NCBI RefSeq assembly: GCF_036588685.1
Contig: NC_086382.1
Coordinates: 44,144,001-44,208,000, forward strand
Length of the DNA: 64,000 bases
Source: Mytilus trossulus
Lineage: Eukaryota
Direction: 5' to 3'
Shown in pieces: positions 1 to 14,312 of this stretch. Made by a program: the position numbers and the translations under genes. The notes below the pieces were generated by a model. It saw only the letters and a list, made by a program, of their open reading frames with translations, was not told the origin of the DNA and ran no database searches. Each line of letters begins with the position of its first letter. The stretch's first letter is position 1.

Positions 1-589
1 GAATTTGTCATTTGTCCATTGATTTACGAGTTTTGAAGAGCGGTATACTGCTGTTGCCTTTATTTACTACATATAAAGCAATCACTGTTTTCAGTAACGT
101 TTTGATCTTTTAATATGTATAGATAAATAGATGTGATATGGGTTCCAATAAAACATCTCTATCCCAGTCATAATGTATTACAAATTAACAATTATAGGTC
201 AAAGTTCGACCTTAAACACAGATCCTTGAATAAACCCGAACAGCAAACTGTACGTTTTAGGCTCCCCCAATGATTTGTGAAAAAAAATTGAAACAAGAAA
301 ACAAACGGTCTGATATATACAAAATAGTTTTCAAAGGTACCAGGATTATAATTTAATACTCCAGACGCGCGTTTCGTCTACATAGGACTCATCAGTGACG
401 CTCATATCAAAATATTTATAAAACCAACAGGTACAAAGTTAAAGAGCATTAAGGATCCAAAATTCCAAAATGTTGTGCCAATTATGTCGAAGGTAATCTA
501 TACCTTGGATAAGAAAATCCTTAGTTTTCAAAAGTTTTGTAAACAGGAAATTTATTAAAATGATCACTTTGGTCTTAGATGCACGATTT

Positions 590-1131
590 TTTAATTAGTT
601 GTTAGTGGCTTTGAACTAGCTGTCAGATAACTGCGAGTACTCTCAGATCTGTTTATTGTGTCTTTTTGTGTCGGGATGTATAAGTACCCGACCACGTCCA
701 CTTGTATGCTTGTCCATCTGACGAGTTAAGCCTTTTTCAACTGATTTTTATAGTTCGTTCTTATGTTGAACTGTTATACCACTGTCCCAGGTTAGGGGAG
801 GGTTGGGATCCCGCTAAAATGTTTAAACCCGCCACATTATTCATGTATGTGTCTGTCCCAAATCAGGAGCCTGTAATTCAGTGGTTATCGTTTGTTTATG
901 TGTTATATTTTTTTTTTTTTTTCTTTTTTTTTTAAATAAATAAGGCCGTTAGTTTTCTCGTTTGAATTGTTTTACATTGTCTTATCAGGACCTTTTAAAG
1001 CTGACTATGCGGTATGGGTTTTGCTCATTGTTGAAGGCCGTATGGTTACCTATAGTTGTTAATGTTTGTGTCATGTTGGTCTTTTGTGGATAGTTGTCTC
1101 ATTGGCAATCATACAACATCTTCTTTTTTAT
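590..1131 (+). repeat. Abundant dispersed SINE-like repeat; other copies ~8720-8970, 17268-17550, 20245-20535(-), 34190-34415, 37190-37400(-), 54595-54730(-), 58740-58995, 61735-61910(-)
   Basis: Shared ..caggagcctgtaattcagtggttgtcg..gttgaaggccgtac..agttgtctcattggca.tcataccacatctt 3' end. Confidence 0.75.
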
Positions 1132-2816
1132 AAATTATTGTTATTCATGTCCACACCGAAGTTTTGACTACTGGGCTACCCTCGGGGACGAAACATCCAC
1201 CAGCAGTTGCATCGACCCAGGGGTGTAAAAAAATATTAAAGGTACCAGGATTATAATTAAGTACGCAAATCGCGCGTTTCGTCTACATAAGACTCATCAG
1301 TGACGCCCATATTAAAATATTTATAAACATACTTCAGTTCAACAAATGTCAAAAAAGTGACAAACGAGAGACACTTATAAACCAGACCAAGAAACGATAA
1401 CTGCTGATTAACCGCCTCCTGCATTGATTCAGCTATCAATATGTGCAAATAAAAACATAAGAATATGATTTACAACATAGTGTCAAGGAACTGTTCTCAA
1501 TGCGAAAATTGGTAGTTAATTTGCACGATTCATCCAGAAAATGTAATTATGAGAAATTACACTGCCGAACAACTGTACAACAAATGTAAACATGAAAAAA
1601 TATTTCACACAATAGACATTTGAATAACTGGATAATCATCGTCATCATTTCGAACCTATGTACATTTGTACACACTTGACTTCAGAATTGCTATTTTAGC
1701 TGATGAAATATCTTGGTAAACAGTTTAAAATTTACTGGTGATAACACTAGATATAAGTATGAAACATGTATCATGCTTTAAAAAAAAACGAAGACAACCT
1801 ACATCATTTTATCCGTATTTGCTTCTAATACTTTTTTCCAGTACCTTACAAAAAACTCAACTGATTTCTGAACTGCACTATCAAAATAGTTATTCTAATC
1901 CTTTTTTACATGTATCAACTCAGTTGCCTGTTTGTGAAATTCAGGCTTCCATAAACACCGATGTGTTGTCACAAGGTCAATAAGGTCAATGAAGAAGTAG
2001 TTAAGGAAGTAGTTCACACACTTACAATTACACAACCATCAAAACGAAAAATAGGTAAGTTACACATCGATTAGTAAACATGTAAGAAGCTACGTATCTG
2101 AAATACTTCCATTAAAAAATGTCAAGTTAATAGCCGATATATATTAGATTCTATTTTATCAGCTAACATAAAATGTATAACAAAGACAGTTTTTTAAAAA
2201 CATCGTTAACAATGAAAAATATTGTATATGAAATGTATTCATGAAACGTCATAAAGACCAATATTGTTTTTGAAATTGTTTTTCACTGATATAAACTGTA
2301 GTTTATCCTCACTCGTTAAAATCAAGAAGTTACTTGTATATTTATTAACAAAGATTTAATCAATATAAACTATTTCGAAACTAATGTTTAATATCCATCA
2401 ATGTTGCGTGACCTGAGATGAATTTGGCTATTCTTCTCAGGTCCCATTTTAGTTTACTGATTATACATATAATATAGGTTTGGACGCCCGATTTGAAGGT
2501 ACATTTTGAAAAATATTTCAGGAATAAGGGTCCTGTATGCTTTTCAGTTTCTTACTTTATTATGCTATGTAATTAGTTTTATTCGCGCGTCATTGCTTTG
2601 TCTTATGTGGCGACCCATCTGGTGTACATTCATGTTCGCCTCAATTTCATGGCTTATCTGCCAACGCCAAGTTCTAAGATTATATGTTTTTCTTGCTGTG
2701 TCAATACTTTCTTACATCTCAGTTATACTACCTAGTTATTCAAACTCCAAATAAAACTTCATGTTGTTAAATTTCTCTTTATGATAGAAATGAATTTGAA
2801 GAATTTTGGAGTAATC

Positions 2817-3250
2817 AGGTACCAGGATTATAATTTAATACGCCAGACGCGCGTTTCGTCTACATTAGACGCATCAGTCCCGCTCAAATCCAAATATTTA
2901 TAAAGCCAAACAATTATAACGTTGAAGAGTATGGAGGAACCAACATTCCAAAAATGGCTAATGTAATATATTCCTGAGATAAGAAATCCTAAGTTTTTTC
3001 GAATACTTCAATGTTTTGTAACAGGAAAATTATAAACATGACCATATAATTGATATTCATGTCAACATCAAAGTGTTGACTACTGGGCTGGTGGTACCCT
3101 CGGGTACAAAACGTCCACCAGCAGTGGCATATCCACCCAGTGGTGTAAATAGTTATCAAAGGTACCAGGATTATAATTTAATACCCAAGACGTGCGTTTC
3201 GCCTTCATAAGTCTCGTCAGTGACGCTCAGATCTAAATAGTTATAAGCCC
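2817..3250 (-). mobile_element. Degenerate family-1 retrozyme (>1 unit); further partial copies at ~324-570, 1140-1325, 5640-5885(+), 13715-13865(+), 24120-24415, 45750-45890, 53030-53155, 59680-60345(+)
   Basis: Same ggtaccaggattataatt..ccagacgcgcgtttcgtctac..gactcatcagtgacgctc unit with core mutations. Confidence 0.75.
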
Positions 3251-4825
3251 TATATCAACCATTAATATATATAGCTATCATAAGTTATTAAACTAAGCCT
3301 CACAGAAAGGAAACAGTCTTAGTTAAATTTTGGTCAGGGTACAAAAATGTCCAAATAGTTTGATTTTAAAAACAAAAAACAAACCATCGAAGTCTTGGTG
3401 TTTTTTTATTTGAAGCGAGTCAACTATTGTTCAAATTCCACATGACAATTTATTATTTTTTAAATAAGACGTAGATAGAAGGACGAAAAGTAAAACAAAG
3501 GTAGTTTTTTTTTAATTTGCCTTACATAAAAGATTTTCATGTGATGTCGTAAGTCGTTGATGTTTTGCTATTACAGTCATAATGGTTTATACTTTTGAAA
3601 GATTTTGCGTTTCGAGCCAAAGGTTTTAAAGAAACTGAAACTGTAGACTTTGAAATACTTTACATGAAAAATAATGTACATGATATATGTTTTTAAGTCT
3701 GATTATTACTAAGGTTCAAATGTAGAAAATTATGGATTAAACCTGGTTTTAAAGCGCTAACCCTCTCACTTTGATGACATTCTCGTCAAATTCTGTTATA
3801 TTTACAATGATGCGTTAACTAAACAGACACAATAAATAAAATAGTCAAAATATGGGAACAGCAGTTAAAACAACTCTTAAAGAAAATTTAAATTAACAAA
3901 TTAAAGCGAATGAAAAAATAACAATTTTAGTATACCGCTGTTCAGAAGTCATAAATCGATTTTGAAAAAATTAAAACCGGATAGCAAAATGAAACTGAGG
4001 GAAACACATCCACTATAAGAGAAAAACAAAGAAACAACATCATCACTGAAGTGATGCAAACAACATAAGACAATGCAATATACATAGAAATGAACTTTTA
4101 GAAAACAACCGCCATATTCTTGACTTGAAACAGATCATGTTTAGAAAAATGGAACTTGAACCTAGTATTGTGGCTGGCCAAACCTCGTATTTTTTGGCAA
4201 TGTTCAATATACCGCTAAAATAATAACATTACATGAAAGAAATACAGTACACATCAATGCAAAAACCCTCAGGACAGGGAAATGCATAAATTAATAATAT
4301 AATAGTACATTTCGACATGTTAACTACAAAATATAAACGCAAATATACATAGAGAATCATCAAAGCACTATAACCTATTTGATCAACGTGCTCTGTGATT
4401 ATTATATATCATTTCAACGAGCTAGTCAACATCGACAAAAAAACCGAACATTTTTTCCTCGCGATCAACAATCATTGGCGGAAATATCATTTATCAAAAA
4501 TACGTTACATCATCGTAATAAATATAATTATACGTGCACACAGGACTTCATTTAGTATCAATACATGCACTGGTTCAATGATTTTGATATGAAAGAGGCA
4601 AAAGATACAAAAGAGACATTTAATTTTATAGGTCGAAAATAAACTTGCAACGCCATGACACAAAAAGAAAAGGACCAGCAGACAAATAATAGTATAAAAA
4701 CACAACATACAAAACTAAAAAATGAGCAACAAGATCCCCTGCCAAAACAAACAAATCTAAATAACATGCAACTCATGTCATATAACTTTAACAATGTATT
4801 GCTGATATCATTGTGTTATTTAGAG

Positions 4826-7800
4826 ATGGCACAAGTGTTAGCAGAACCTGGTGACGTTAGACATGGGTTTTCTTATAATACTTCATTCAACCGTGACTTT
4901 AGACGCATTACTGGAATAGCAGCTACCAGAAACGGGAATATTCTGTTGTGTGACTATGATAATAAGAATCTTATTTTAGTTGATTCATCAGGACATTTGT
5001 TAAAGAATCTTTATGTAGACAGTGAGCCATATGATTTGACTATTACAAGTCAAAATATAGGATTCATCACTCTCCCCAATACCAGATCTCTTTTACAAAT
5101 AGATCCTGAAAGAATGGTGATACTCTTTAAGGCAACATGTGAGGATCTACACACTAATGCGTTGTGTGTATCAGCCATCTCTAATAGAGGAGAAGATGTA
5201 ATTTTAAATTTTGCATGTTTGCTTGGCATTAAAAGACATGGTTCATTTTACGCAATCCCCTTCTTTAAAGGATGTGACGAAGAAATGTAAGTATTTATTT
5301 ACAAAACGTATGGTATATGCAAACACTTGTTTAGAATGCTCCAAGTATACATTCACGAATCCTGTAGATGTACATGACATTCCCTAAACATTGATAAGCT
5401 CAGTATAAACTAGTATAAAAACGTGCCGTTTACGAAAGTCTGTACAGTGTGAACAAACACAAACCTAACAGTTTAAATGCGACAAAGAGACGTTACCTGC
5501 TTAAACAAAGAAGTCATCGTTAGAGTGTTTAAATTATCACATGCATGTGTCATAGCTTCTAGTTTGCAGTCGAAATAAAAATAGAACTATGAATCAGACC
5601 TACTAGTAGTCAGAACTTATTGAAAGGAATATCAATTATATGGTCATTTTAATAATTAACTACTTGCTAAATTATAGGTAGTAAAAATCTTAAGGATTTC
5701 CTTATCCTAGGATTAGATTACTTTAGCCGTATTTAGCACAAGTTATGGAAATAGGGTCCTCAATAATCTTCAACTATATAGTTTTTGGCTTTCTAACTAT
5801 TTTGATCCGCGCGTCATGTGTGCATCTTATAAAGATGAAACGCGCGTCTTGCGTATCAGATTATAAGCCGGATGCCATTGATAACTACTACTAAATCAAA
5901 AATTCATTAATATATAAAGAGATGTAAACACTCATTGAAATGTGGGTTTTTATCAATAAGTATGAAAGTGAAATGCAAGAATTTGTCAAGATGCTAAATG
6001 AGTCGATGTCATGATTATCTATAATTCTACTCCATTGTGTCACATTTTCGAATTTATCATCGGAAAATCAGTTTATCAATCATTATTCAAATTGAGGATT
6101 GCTACACCAGTTTTTAAGAATATAGTTCCGAAAATGATGTTTTACATTATAGACATGTTGCAATTTTCCATTAGTATCTTAAATCCCAGCTGACAGATAT
6201 GAGAAGACTATTTTGAGGATTTTTTTAAAATACGTTTAATATGTAGTAAGTCATGCAACCAGGCTCTGTTTAAAGCTTTTGGATATCACATTTTAAAATT
6301 ACAAAACAAAAGAGTTATGTTGTGTAGCCTTCGTGACATATGTTTACTCTATTTTTGCTTGATAGAAATTGGATGGAACTTATGTAAAAAAAAAAACGAA
6401 TGTAATAAAATTAAAACACGTGTTCCTAAATTAAAGTATCTGTGTTTGTGCTGTATTTTTGTTTCAATATTTCATTTTATTTGAATTGATATAATCTCAA
6501 TCATAAAATTGATATTTAACCTTTTTATTGAACTAGAGTTGTGATTGTAAAAACTTAATATTGTAACCACATATCTTTTATTGCTGTAATGGAAACAAAA
6601 TGTCAGAAAAGTTGTAAAGAGGACAATGTGCAAAGATTCAACGAACCGAAATATCAACCATTTGGAGTGAAACCATTTTTATATACTGTGGATTCATTTA
6701 TTTTCGTGGGTATCAATTTTCGTGGTTTGAGGAAAATTTACATATTCGTGGATATTTAATTTCGTGGTTTTGGCAAAGTCTACACTCATTCCTTTAGAAA
6801 ATTTGTTATTCGTTGAAAGTTTGAATTCGTGGTTCTCCTATACCCATGAAATCCACGAAAATTGGTATCCAACGAATATTAATGAATCCACAGTATCCAT
6901 TAAGGGGAATCATATCAATAAAATTGTCGATAAAAAGGTTTTTTGTTTTTGTTGACATAATTTTGTCTTTGTCTGTTCATGTAAATTATTTTATAGAAAT
7001 GTAGGTTCGCCTTCATCATTAATGAAGATAATCGAGACGAACAACATATAGTAAAATTGCAAAAGTAAAGGCCTGCTACAAATAATAATACCGAACACGA
7101 TCTATAAACATGATAAATGAACAAGGAATTTTTACCTGATTATGAGAATACCATACAGTTGTATATCACAATTTATTGTTAATTAATTATAAATCAAATC
7201 ATGAATTCCTGCCGAAACATGGATTCAATCCAAATGTGACTCCAATAAAAAAAAATCAAAGCACTGTAAGCGCTGTAGGCAGTTAACCAAAAACCAAGGC
7301 ATATTTATAAAAACTGTGGCAATGTTGCTTCAATTTTTTTTAAAGATTTTTTAAAAAGAACAAACATTAAACAGTCATATATTGTACATTTATGTTTATT
7401 TAATGAATTAATCATTGAGGCAAATCATACCCATAGCCAGGGGGTTCGGACAAACCCCCCTTAAAAACAAATAAGCACTATTAAAGTCAATGTTCTGTTG
7501 AATTGTGACTGTTAAAGTCGAGTTTTTGAGTCCCACATTCCCCCCTTGGAAATTCCTGGCTACGGGCCTGAAATAATTCATATTTTGTCAAAGATTTTAA
7601 AAACAACACATATATCAAGTATATTTTTTTCATGGTCATGAGTCTGCGGTGGTACAAGTTTGCAATGATTGCAGTTCTTCTAGTTGATAGTTAACGTTAG
7701 TATTGGTTGACTGTAAGTAGTTCAAATTGACTTTAGTACGAGCTTGAAAAAGTATGAATAGATTTGCTTCCCTGGAAAGAAATCTGAGTTTGTGCTCATC

Positions 7801-10800
7801 AGTACACTAAGTTATCAAACAGGAGTTGATAGGGTGACCCTAAGGACTCTCCCTATATTTCATTTGATCAGTTTTCATACATGAATATATATGGTTTAAT
7901 TTAAAGGTGGGGGTCTCGACTGTTTCCAATTTCTCAATCAGGAGGGGTGGGGTGACTGCAGGGCCTCCCCCCTATATTTCATTTTTTTAGAGGTGGGTAT
8001 CCCAACTGTTTCCAAGTTCTTAAACAGGAGGGGTATGATGACCACAGGGACTTCCCCTATATTTCATTTGATTTGTTATATAGTTCCATACATGAGTAAA
8101 TATATATGATTAAGGGGTGAGGATCTCGAATTTTTCCAAGTTCTCACACAGGAGGGTGTACAGTGACCATAGGGACCCCCTTATAATTTATTAGATTTGT
8201 AATATTATCCCATACATAAATATATATGGTTTAAGATTGTGGATCTCGACAATTATAAATTCTAGAACAGGAAGGGGTAGAGTGGCCCCACGGACTCCAT
8301 CTATATTTCATATGATTTGTTTTATGGTCCCATACATAAATATATATGGTTTAGGGGTGGGGATCTCGACCGTTTCCAAGTTCTCAAATAGGAGGGGTGG
8401 GGTGATCCCAGGGATTCCCCCTACATATTTCATTTGATTTGTTATATTGTCCCATACATGAATGAATATGGTTTAGGGTTAGGGATCTCGACTGTTTCCA
8501 AGTTATAAAACATGATGGGGTGGGCTGACCCTGGATACTTCCCCTATGTTTCATTTGATTAGTCATTTAGTCTCATACATGAATGTATATGGTCGAGGGG
8601 TGGGGATCTCATCCGTTTCAAAGTTATCAAACAGGAGGAGGTAGAGTGGCCCAATGGACTCCACCTATATATAATAAGATTTGCTTACATTCAGGTATCA
8701 TATATATAGTTGCACTATTTGTGCCTGTCCCAAGTCAGGAGCCTGTAATTCAGTGGTTGTCAGTGTTATATAAATAAGGCTATTAGTTTCTCGTTTGAAT
8801 TGTTTCACATTGTCTTATCGGGGCCTTTTGTAGCTGACTATGTGGTAATGGCATCGGCTTTGCTCATTGTTGAAGGCCCTACAATGACATATAGTTGTTA
8901 ATGTCTGTGTCATTTTGGTCTCTGGTGAACAGTTGTCTCATTGGTAATCATACCACATCTTTTTTTATATAAGAAATGTCCAGCTATTTTAACTGACCCA
9001 TCAAAATTGAAAAGAAGAAAAAAAACCTAGGAATTGCAGTTATATGTTTAACTTTAAAAGCATCTAACATGCATTCCCCACATTTATCACTGATAAAGAA
9101 AATTTATACTGCTACCAGGAACATATATATTGTTCCCAGCTGTCACATTGTATTGGATTTTGACATAAAAATTTGTGTACAAAATATTTTCCAGCTTTTT
9201 CTTTCTTTTAAATATATCTTTTGGTTTTCAATTCTAGTGTTTATATTTATTTACCATGCATAGATGTATTTTTTCACCTGTGAGTGTCTGGATTTTTTTT
9301 AACATGATAGCCAAACCCGGGACTACTATTATCATCTTCCGGAATCGGATCCGATATTGTTATGGTCTTCTCGCGGCAGCCATTTTATTTTCAATGTTGT
9401 TTTTGACAGATGGAGTGAGATACGATTTTACTCGAATTTACACATTATTTGTCAGCGATTTTCTGTATAAATCTAGCGGTTGACCAAATTGAACATCGCT
9501 GTCATGGATAGTAATGACGAGAATAAGTTTGAGATCGTTTATTAGAAAAGTTTGGTAAAAATGTTTGGAAAGTTATTTTTTATTTTCTTTCAAGGTCCGT
9601 CGGGCGTAGCTAGTAACCAAGTAGAAAGTCCGACTGCAAAAGTGTCGCAGACCTCGGACCACTGCTGATTTGAACCCCTGCGTCCAAATTGAAAAGATAC
9701 GAAATTTCGTCTTCTACTTCAAAATTGCCGCCAATAGCGTGATCAGTCGAACTTATCTTAATAGACTACTGACGTAGTTGACTACGTATTGATGACAATC
9801 AATATTCAATATTCCTACGACTTTAGAAAATTGGGAAATCTAAACTACTTGTCTTTAGAGATTTTCGGCGATTAAATATTTCATACATTTGTTCTTTGAC
9901 ATCTTAGCCAAAAGCTCAGGGGATAATAAAATACTTAAGGATTCCTAATGTGCTCTACTTCCTATGTGCAACTACAAAACTTTTGGGAAAATCGACAATC
10001 ATATAAGGTTTTTTTCGTCATATTTTTTGTAATCCAGAATAAAAGGATGAAAAAAATGTCAAATAAGTTATAAATAACATAATATCCAGCTAGATAATAA
10101 CAATGGCACGTATTTCAGCATTTATTAGGTAGAACACAAATCCAGGGTGCTCGCATAAGGCAGCTTAACTGCCTAAAATCATACAGTACACGACTTCCAC
10201 ATGTTCAAGCCTCAAGTATGAACATATGTTGCTCAACCTCTTCTAGTAATGGCTGACAAACCTTTTAAAGATGGTAAATTGTCATTGTCAAGGAGATAAC
10301 CTAAGCACAGTAAACTTTGAAATCGAATTGGTGACTTGTGTTTCATGGCGAGTCAGTTGTGTTGCAATTGAATAAGGTTGTGGTTTTCGAAAAACTCATT
10401 ACAACATCCAAAAATTATAAATTCGCCATTTTTTTTTTAAACATGAAAAAGCAAACTTATAAATCAAAAATGTTACAATCTTAAGAATTAAACAAAACAA
10501 TAGATATGGCTGTATTTTATGATAGGTAAAAACTAAAATAAATGTACCTTAATACGGCATGTATTTCTCATGTAACGTATACATATTACCAGCTATATCT
10601 ATTAAAAGATTTACATCACCACTTACTAATTCCACTTCCGGATTTTATTGGAGTTCGTGTTGCTCCTTATTTATTAATAATAACTGTTGATGTACAAATG
10701 ACACAACATGAAAAAACTCACGAATAAGCAACACGAACCCCACCAAAAACTAGGGGAGATCTCAGGTTCTCCGGAAGACTGAGCAGATCCTGCTCCACAT

Positions 10801-12034
10801 GAGGCACCCGTCGTGTTGTTCATGTTATAACAAATCCGGTAAATAGTACAATTTGGTAGGTCACATTTATGAAAGGGAAGGGATTTGTAGTTAAACATAA
10901 GGAACATATCCAATATCATCTGTAAAACGGTTATATATTCCATAACGGTCAACCAACTCGTGATGGCGTTTGTAAAATTTAAGAACGGGTGATTTCAACT
11001 TCACCATGATGTAGATCTTTTGGTGTAATAGCTACCTAGTTTACCTTGTCTTCTTATTTTAAACACATTAACTTACCCTGGAAAGTCAATTGTGGTCAAA
11101 ACTGGTCATTTTGTATTTTATATGCAGCACTGAAACAGTAATTTGTATCGTATAGTCAGCTTTTTAGATATAGCCACTGGAGTAAGTACAGAACTGTTCA
11201 TAAAATACGCATGCAGTCTATTATAATCTATTCTGTATATGTTCATGACGTTTAGACTGTTCAGTTATTTATAAATACACCTGGAAATCATACTGCATTA
11301 ATAAAAAAAACTACTGCATATTTCTGCATTGACTGCAAATGGATGATTTGAACAGAACTGAATTGTCTCATGTGCGATTCAAGTTGGTTAACTAACTAGT
11401 CTAGTATGAACTCACTCAAACAAATGGGGGAAAATCTTTACCGCAGTTTAAGTAAGAAATATCAAAGGGGTTTCTTTTCTCTCTGTCAACGTTCAAATTA
11501 TCTTTATAACCGACATTCAGATCTCATATATATATATTTATAATATATCTTTTTTAAAGTAATTTCAGAAAACTCACAGACGTCATAGGCGAGCCAGGTC
11601 CGCTAGCTTACCTGAAATACCCTTTTCCTGTTCAATCCCGTGTTGTTAAATTCCATGCACTTGATGAAAAATCATTCTTCACATGCAAAGGCGGTCAAAA
11701 CTATATAACGTACAGTCAACAGAACATATATCATGGAAATATTATTATTGACACCATGGAAACACCTTCTGACATATGTAATGACGATTATCAACACATT
11801 TACATCAGTGCACAAGGATCGAATAACATACACAGATTGAAAAAGGAAGGGAAAGAAGTATATGACACGAGAGCCCATATATTTAAGGGAAAAGATTGGA
11901 AAGTATTAGACATGCCATTGGACTCCAAACACGGTATCAAAGAACCAGTTGCCATGTGCTTCAACCAAAACTATAGTAAATTTTACGTTGTCAATGAATG
12001 GGGGAAATCAGTATTAGTCTTTGATGTTATTTGA
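4826..12034 (+). CDS. Two-coding-exon gene (4826-5286, 11569-12034; 308 aa) encoding a stand-alone NHL-like beta-propeller resembling the C-terminal domain of bivalve TRIM-like proteins
   Basis: Acceptor ttatttag|agATG at 4823/4824; donor AT|gtaagt at 5286/5287 (phase 2); acceptor aatttcag|A at 11568/11569 restores the frame into ORF 11756-12034. Total 927 nt, no internal stop. Blade-like motifs: ITGIAATRNGNILLCDYDNKNLILVD, PYDLTIT, PSDICNDDYQHIYISAQGSNNIHRL, PVAMCFNQNYSKFYVVN. Confidence 0.8.
6686..6893. mobile_element. ~208-bp MITE (TA TSD); degenerate second copy ~18795-19003
   Basis: ta|CTGTGGATTCATT...AATGAATCCACAG|ta with internal ttcgtgg repeats. Confidence 0.8.
7805..8685. repeat. 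~120-bp minisatellite, about 7-8 diverged copies, in the intron of the propeller gene
   Basis: Recurring acaggaggggt.gggtgacc...ccctatatttcatttgatt...ccatacatgaatatatatggttt.gggtgggatctcgactgtttccaagtt at ~120-bp spacing. Confidence 0.8.
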
Positions 12035-13119
12035 TGATTGAAAGCATACTCTACCACTTCTCAATATTTTAATAGACATTCTGATTTGTTTTATTCAATT
12101 GTTTTCTAAAAAAAGATATTTTATACAGATATTACTCCTAACACATTAATGACCAAAAATAATGAATAGTTGGGAATCGTTAAATTCGATTTAAATCGGT
12201 TACTATTAATTGTGTTATATGTCGACAGACAATGTATAGAACAGACCAACTATAATTTGGAATGCTAGATATGTATAATGTTTTATTCTTTAATTTCGTT
12301 AAAATCATGAAATGTATATATATTCTGTTTCATAAAATATTTAGTGTTCACAATTATAGGTTAAATATCAAATTATTGCTTTGTCGTCAATAATCTGTAA
12401 AATAGGGTTAATACATGGCATTGATTTAGTAATGTAGATATTTTAATTTCAAACATAGAAAACAAAACCCAGTTAATTTAGGCGACAGTGCGTTATCTAT
12501 GTTTCAATCACGTAAATCGACTTATCAAAACAAACAATGCCATACACAAAAACTGACGAAATCACATAAATTCAAGAAAAGTATAGTCATGTCCGTCAAT
12601 AGGGTAAACGTCTTCTTGCGTCCATCTTCTATGATTTCAACTCGAATATTGCATATAGATTTTGAAATATACACATGATTTAAACCAATTGTTTAAAATT
12701 ATAATCCATAACCCACATTTAAATAATGACATGAAATATCATACACAAATTGAAAAATGACTGTCTATCTGTATGGATGTTCAAATTCATGAGTAGAAAT
12801 CTGCCGTGGTAAAACCCAAAACTACAGAAGGCAAACTGAACATAAAAAACTTAAGACTTAGCATCACAAACTCAACATAAAAACCGGGGATGATACAAGG
12901 TACTCTGCAAGGGTATGCATATCCTGTTATATGCCTTATCTTTTAAATTGCTTTCTAAATCTGCATCGTCCGTAGATCCACCAGCACATTGATGAATATA
13001 CATCAGCACATTGCAAACAGACATTTATTAGAATATGACAATTTAAGAGTGCAATAATTCAAATGTTATTTTGTTCAAAAACAAAAATAAAACTTTTACA
13101 CATTTACAAACAGGTTAGA

Positions 13120-13690
13120 TATCTAAATATCCCGACTTTGGATCAGTATTTTAATACAAGGAGTTAACAAACGTAACACTGATGACTTTTTATGGAAGTG
13201 AATACAATTGTCAATTATAAAAAAGCAGTACTTGAAGTAAACTGTTCTAGAGGTGTATGTTTGGTTTTGAGGTGAATTGGTAAATCTGGTGTTTTTGACT
13301 TGCCGTAGTAAAAGCTTACCGTTTGGATTTACTGCAATGCGTTTGAGTGAGATTTTGTACATCGTTATAACTCGATTGAAGTTTCTACGAGTTTCGAGTA
13401 ACTTCCATTTAATGGTAGTCAATCATGGAGGTGTCATAACTAGTGTTATGGTACCTGTTGGTGACGATGCGTGCTGCCTTTCTTTGTACTTTTCAATGTT
13501 AGTGGGTTTTTTGGTGGTTGGAGGGAGGGGGGGTTATGGGGCGATAAAATTGAAGAGCAGTATTCTAAATTTGATCGTACCATGGCTGTGTAAGCAAAAC
13601 GTTTTGTTACTTTCTTGATTTTTTTTAAAGTATCTTTTAGGAAAATCAAATATCTAATTTCCTTTTGCAGTAATATTGTTTATATTGGTA
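13120..13690 (-). mobile_element. Decayed non-LTR retrotransposon (CR1/L2-like) RT 3' end
   Basis: AYTAMVRSNLEYCSSI..P, then W..LETRR...R...MYKI and SRT.YFKY.FF in broken frames. Confidence 0.7.
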
Positions 13691-14273
13691 ACACATGTTG
13701 TAAGATAAGGTTTAACTTTTTGGAATTTTGAATCATCAATGCTCTTCAACTTTGTACTTGTTTTGCTTCATAAATATTTTGATATGAGCGTCACTGGTGA
13801 GTCTTATGTAGACGAAACGCGCGTCTGACGTACTTAATTATAATCCTGGTACCTTTGAAAGCTATAAACCAATATATTTTGTAATGTTGACGGATGCAAA
13901 GATATGGTCTTTGTATACAAAGTTATGTTTGAATGGAAGCTGTGATCTTGTTACAGTGAGAGATTTGCATTTTTTCTTTGTGGAATTGCATACCTGCATA
14001 CCCCAAGTTTGTTTTCATTATGTGATAGTCAGTTACTATTTTGTTAAAGAAATTTATCCATAAAATAAACCAAAACATTATTAATAAATATTAATGTATA
14101 TGATATTCTTATAAATATTCACATGTAATAACCCTTTCATTGTGGAATACATGGTACTTGTCAGAGAAACGTTCAGAAAAAGCAACTGATGCAGGCGATA
14201 CTACAAGCATTAACAAAACCAATCAATATACCATGATATATCATTTTACGTTAATTAACCCTATATATTTAAA

Positions 14274-14312
<39 letters not shown>

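Noticed and set aside
716-750. CTGACGAG..stem as a hammerhead
   Set aside because: No GAAA/UH after the stem.
4655-4825. N-terminal 57 aa of the 211-aa ORF
   Set aside because: Derived from a dispersed repeat (inverse of the Penelope-associated tail) plus intron; an acceptor at 4823 immediately precedes the propeller ATG.
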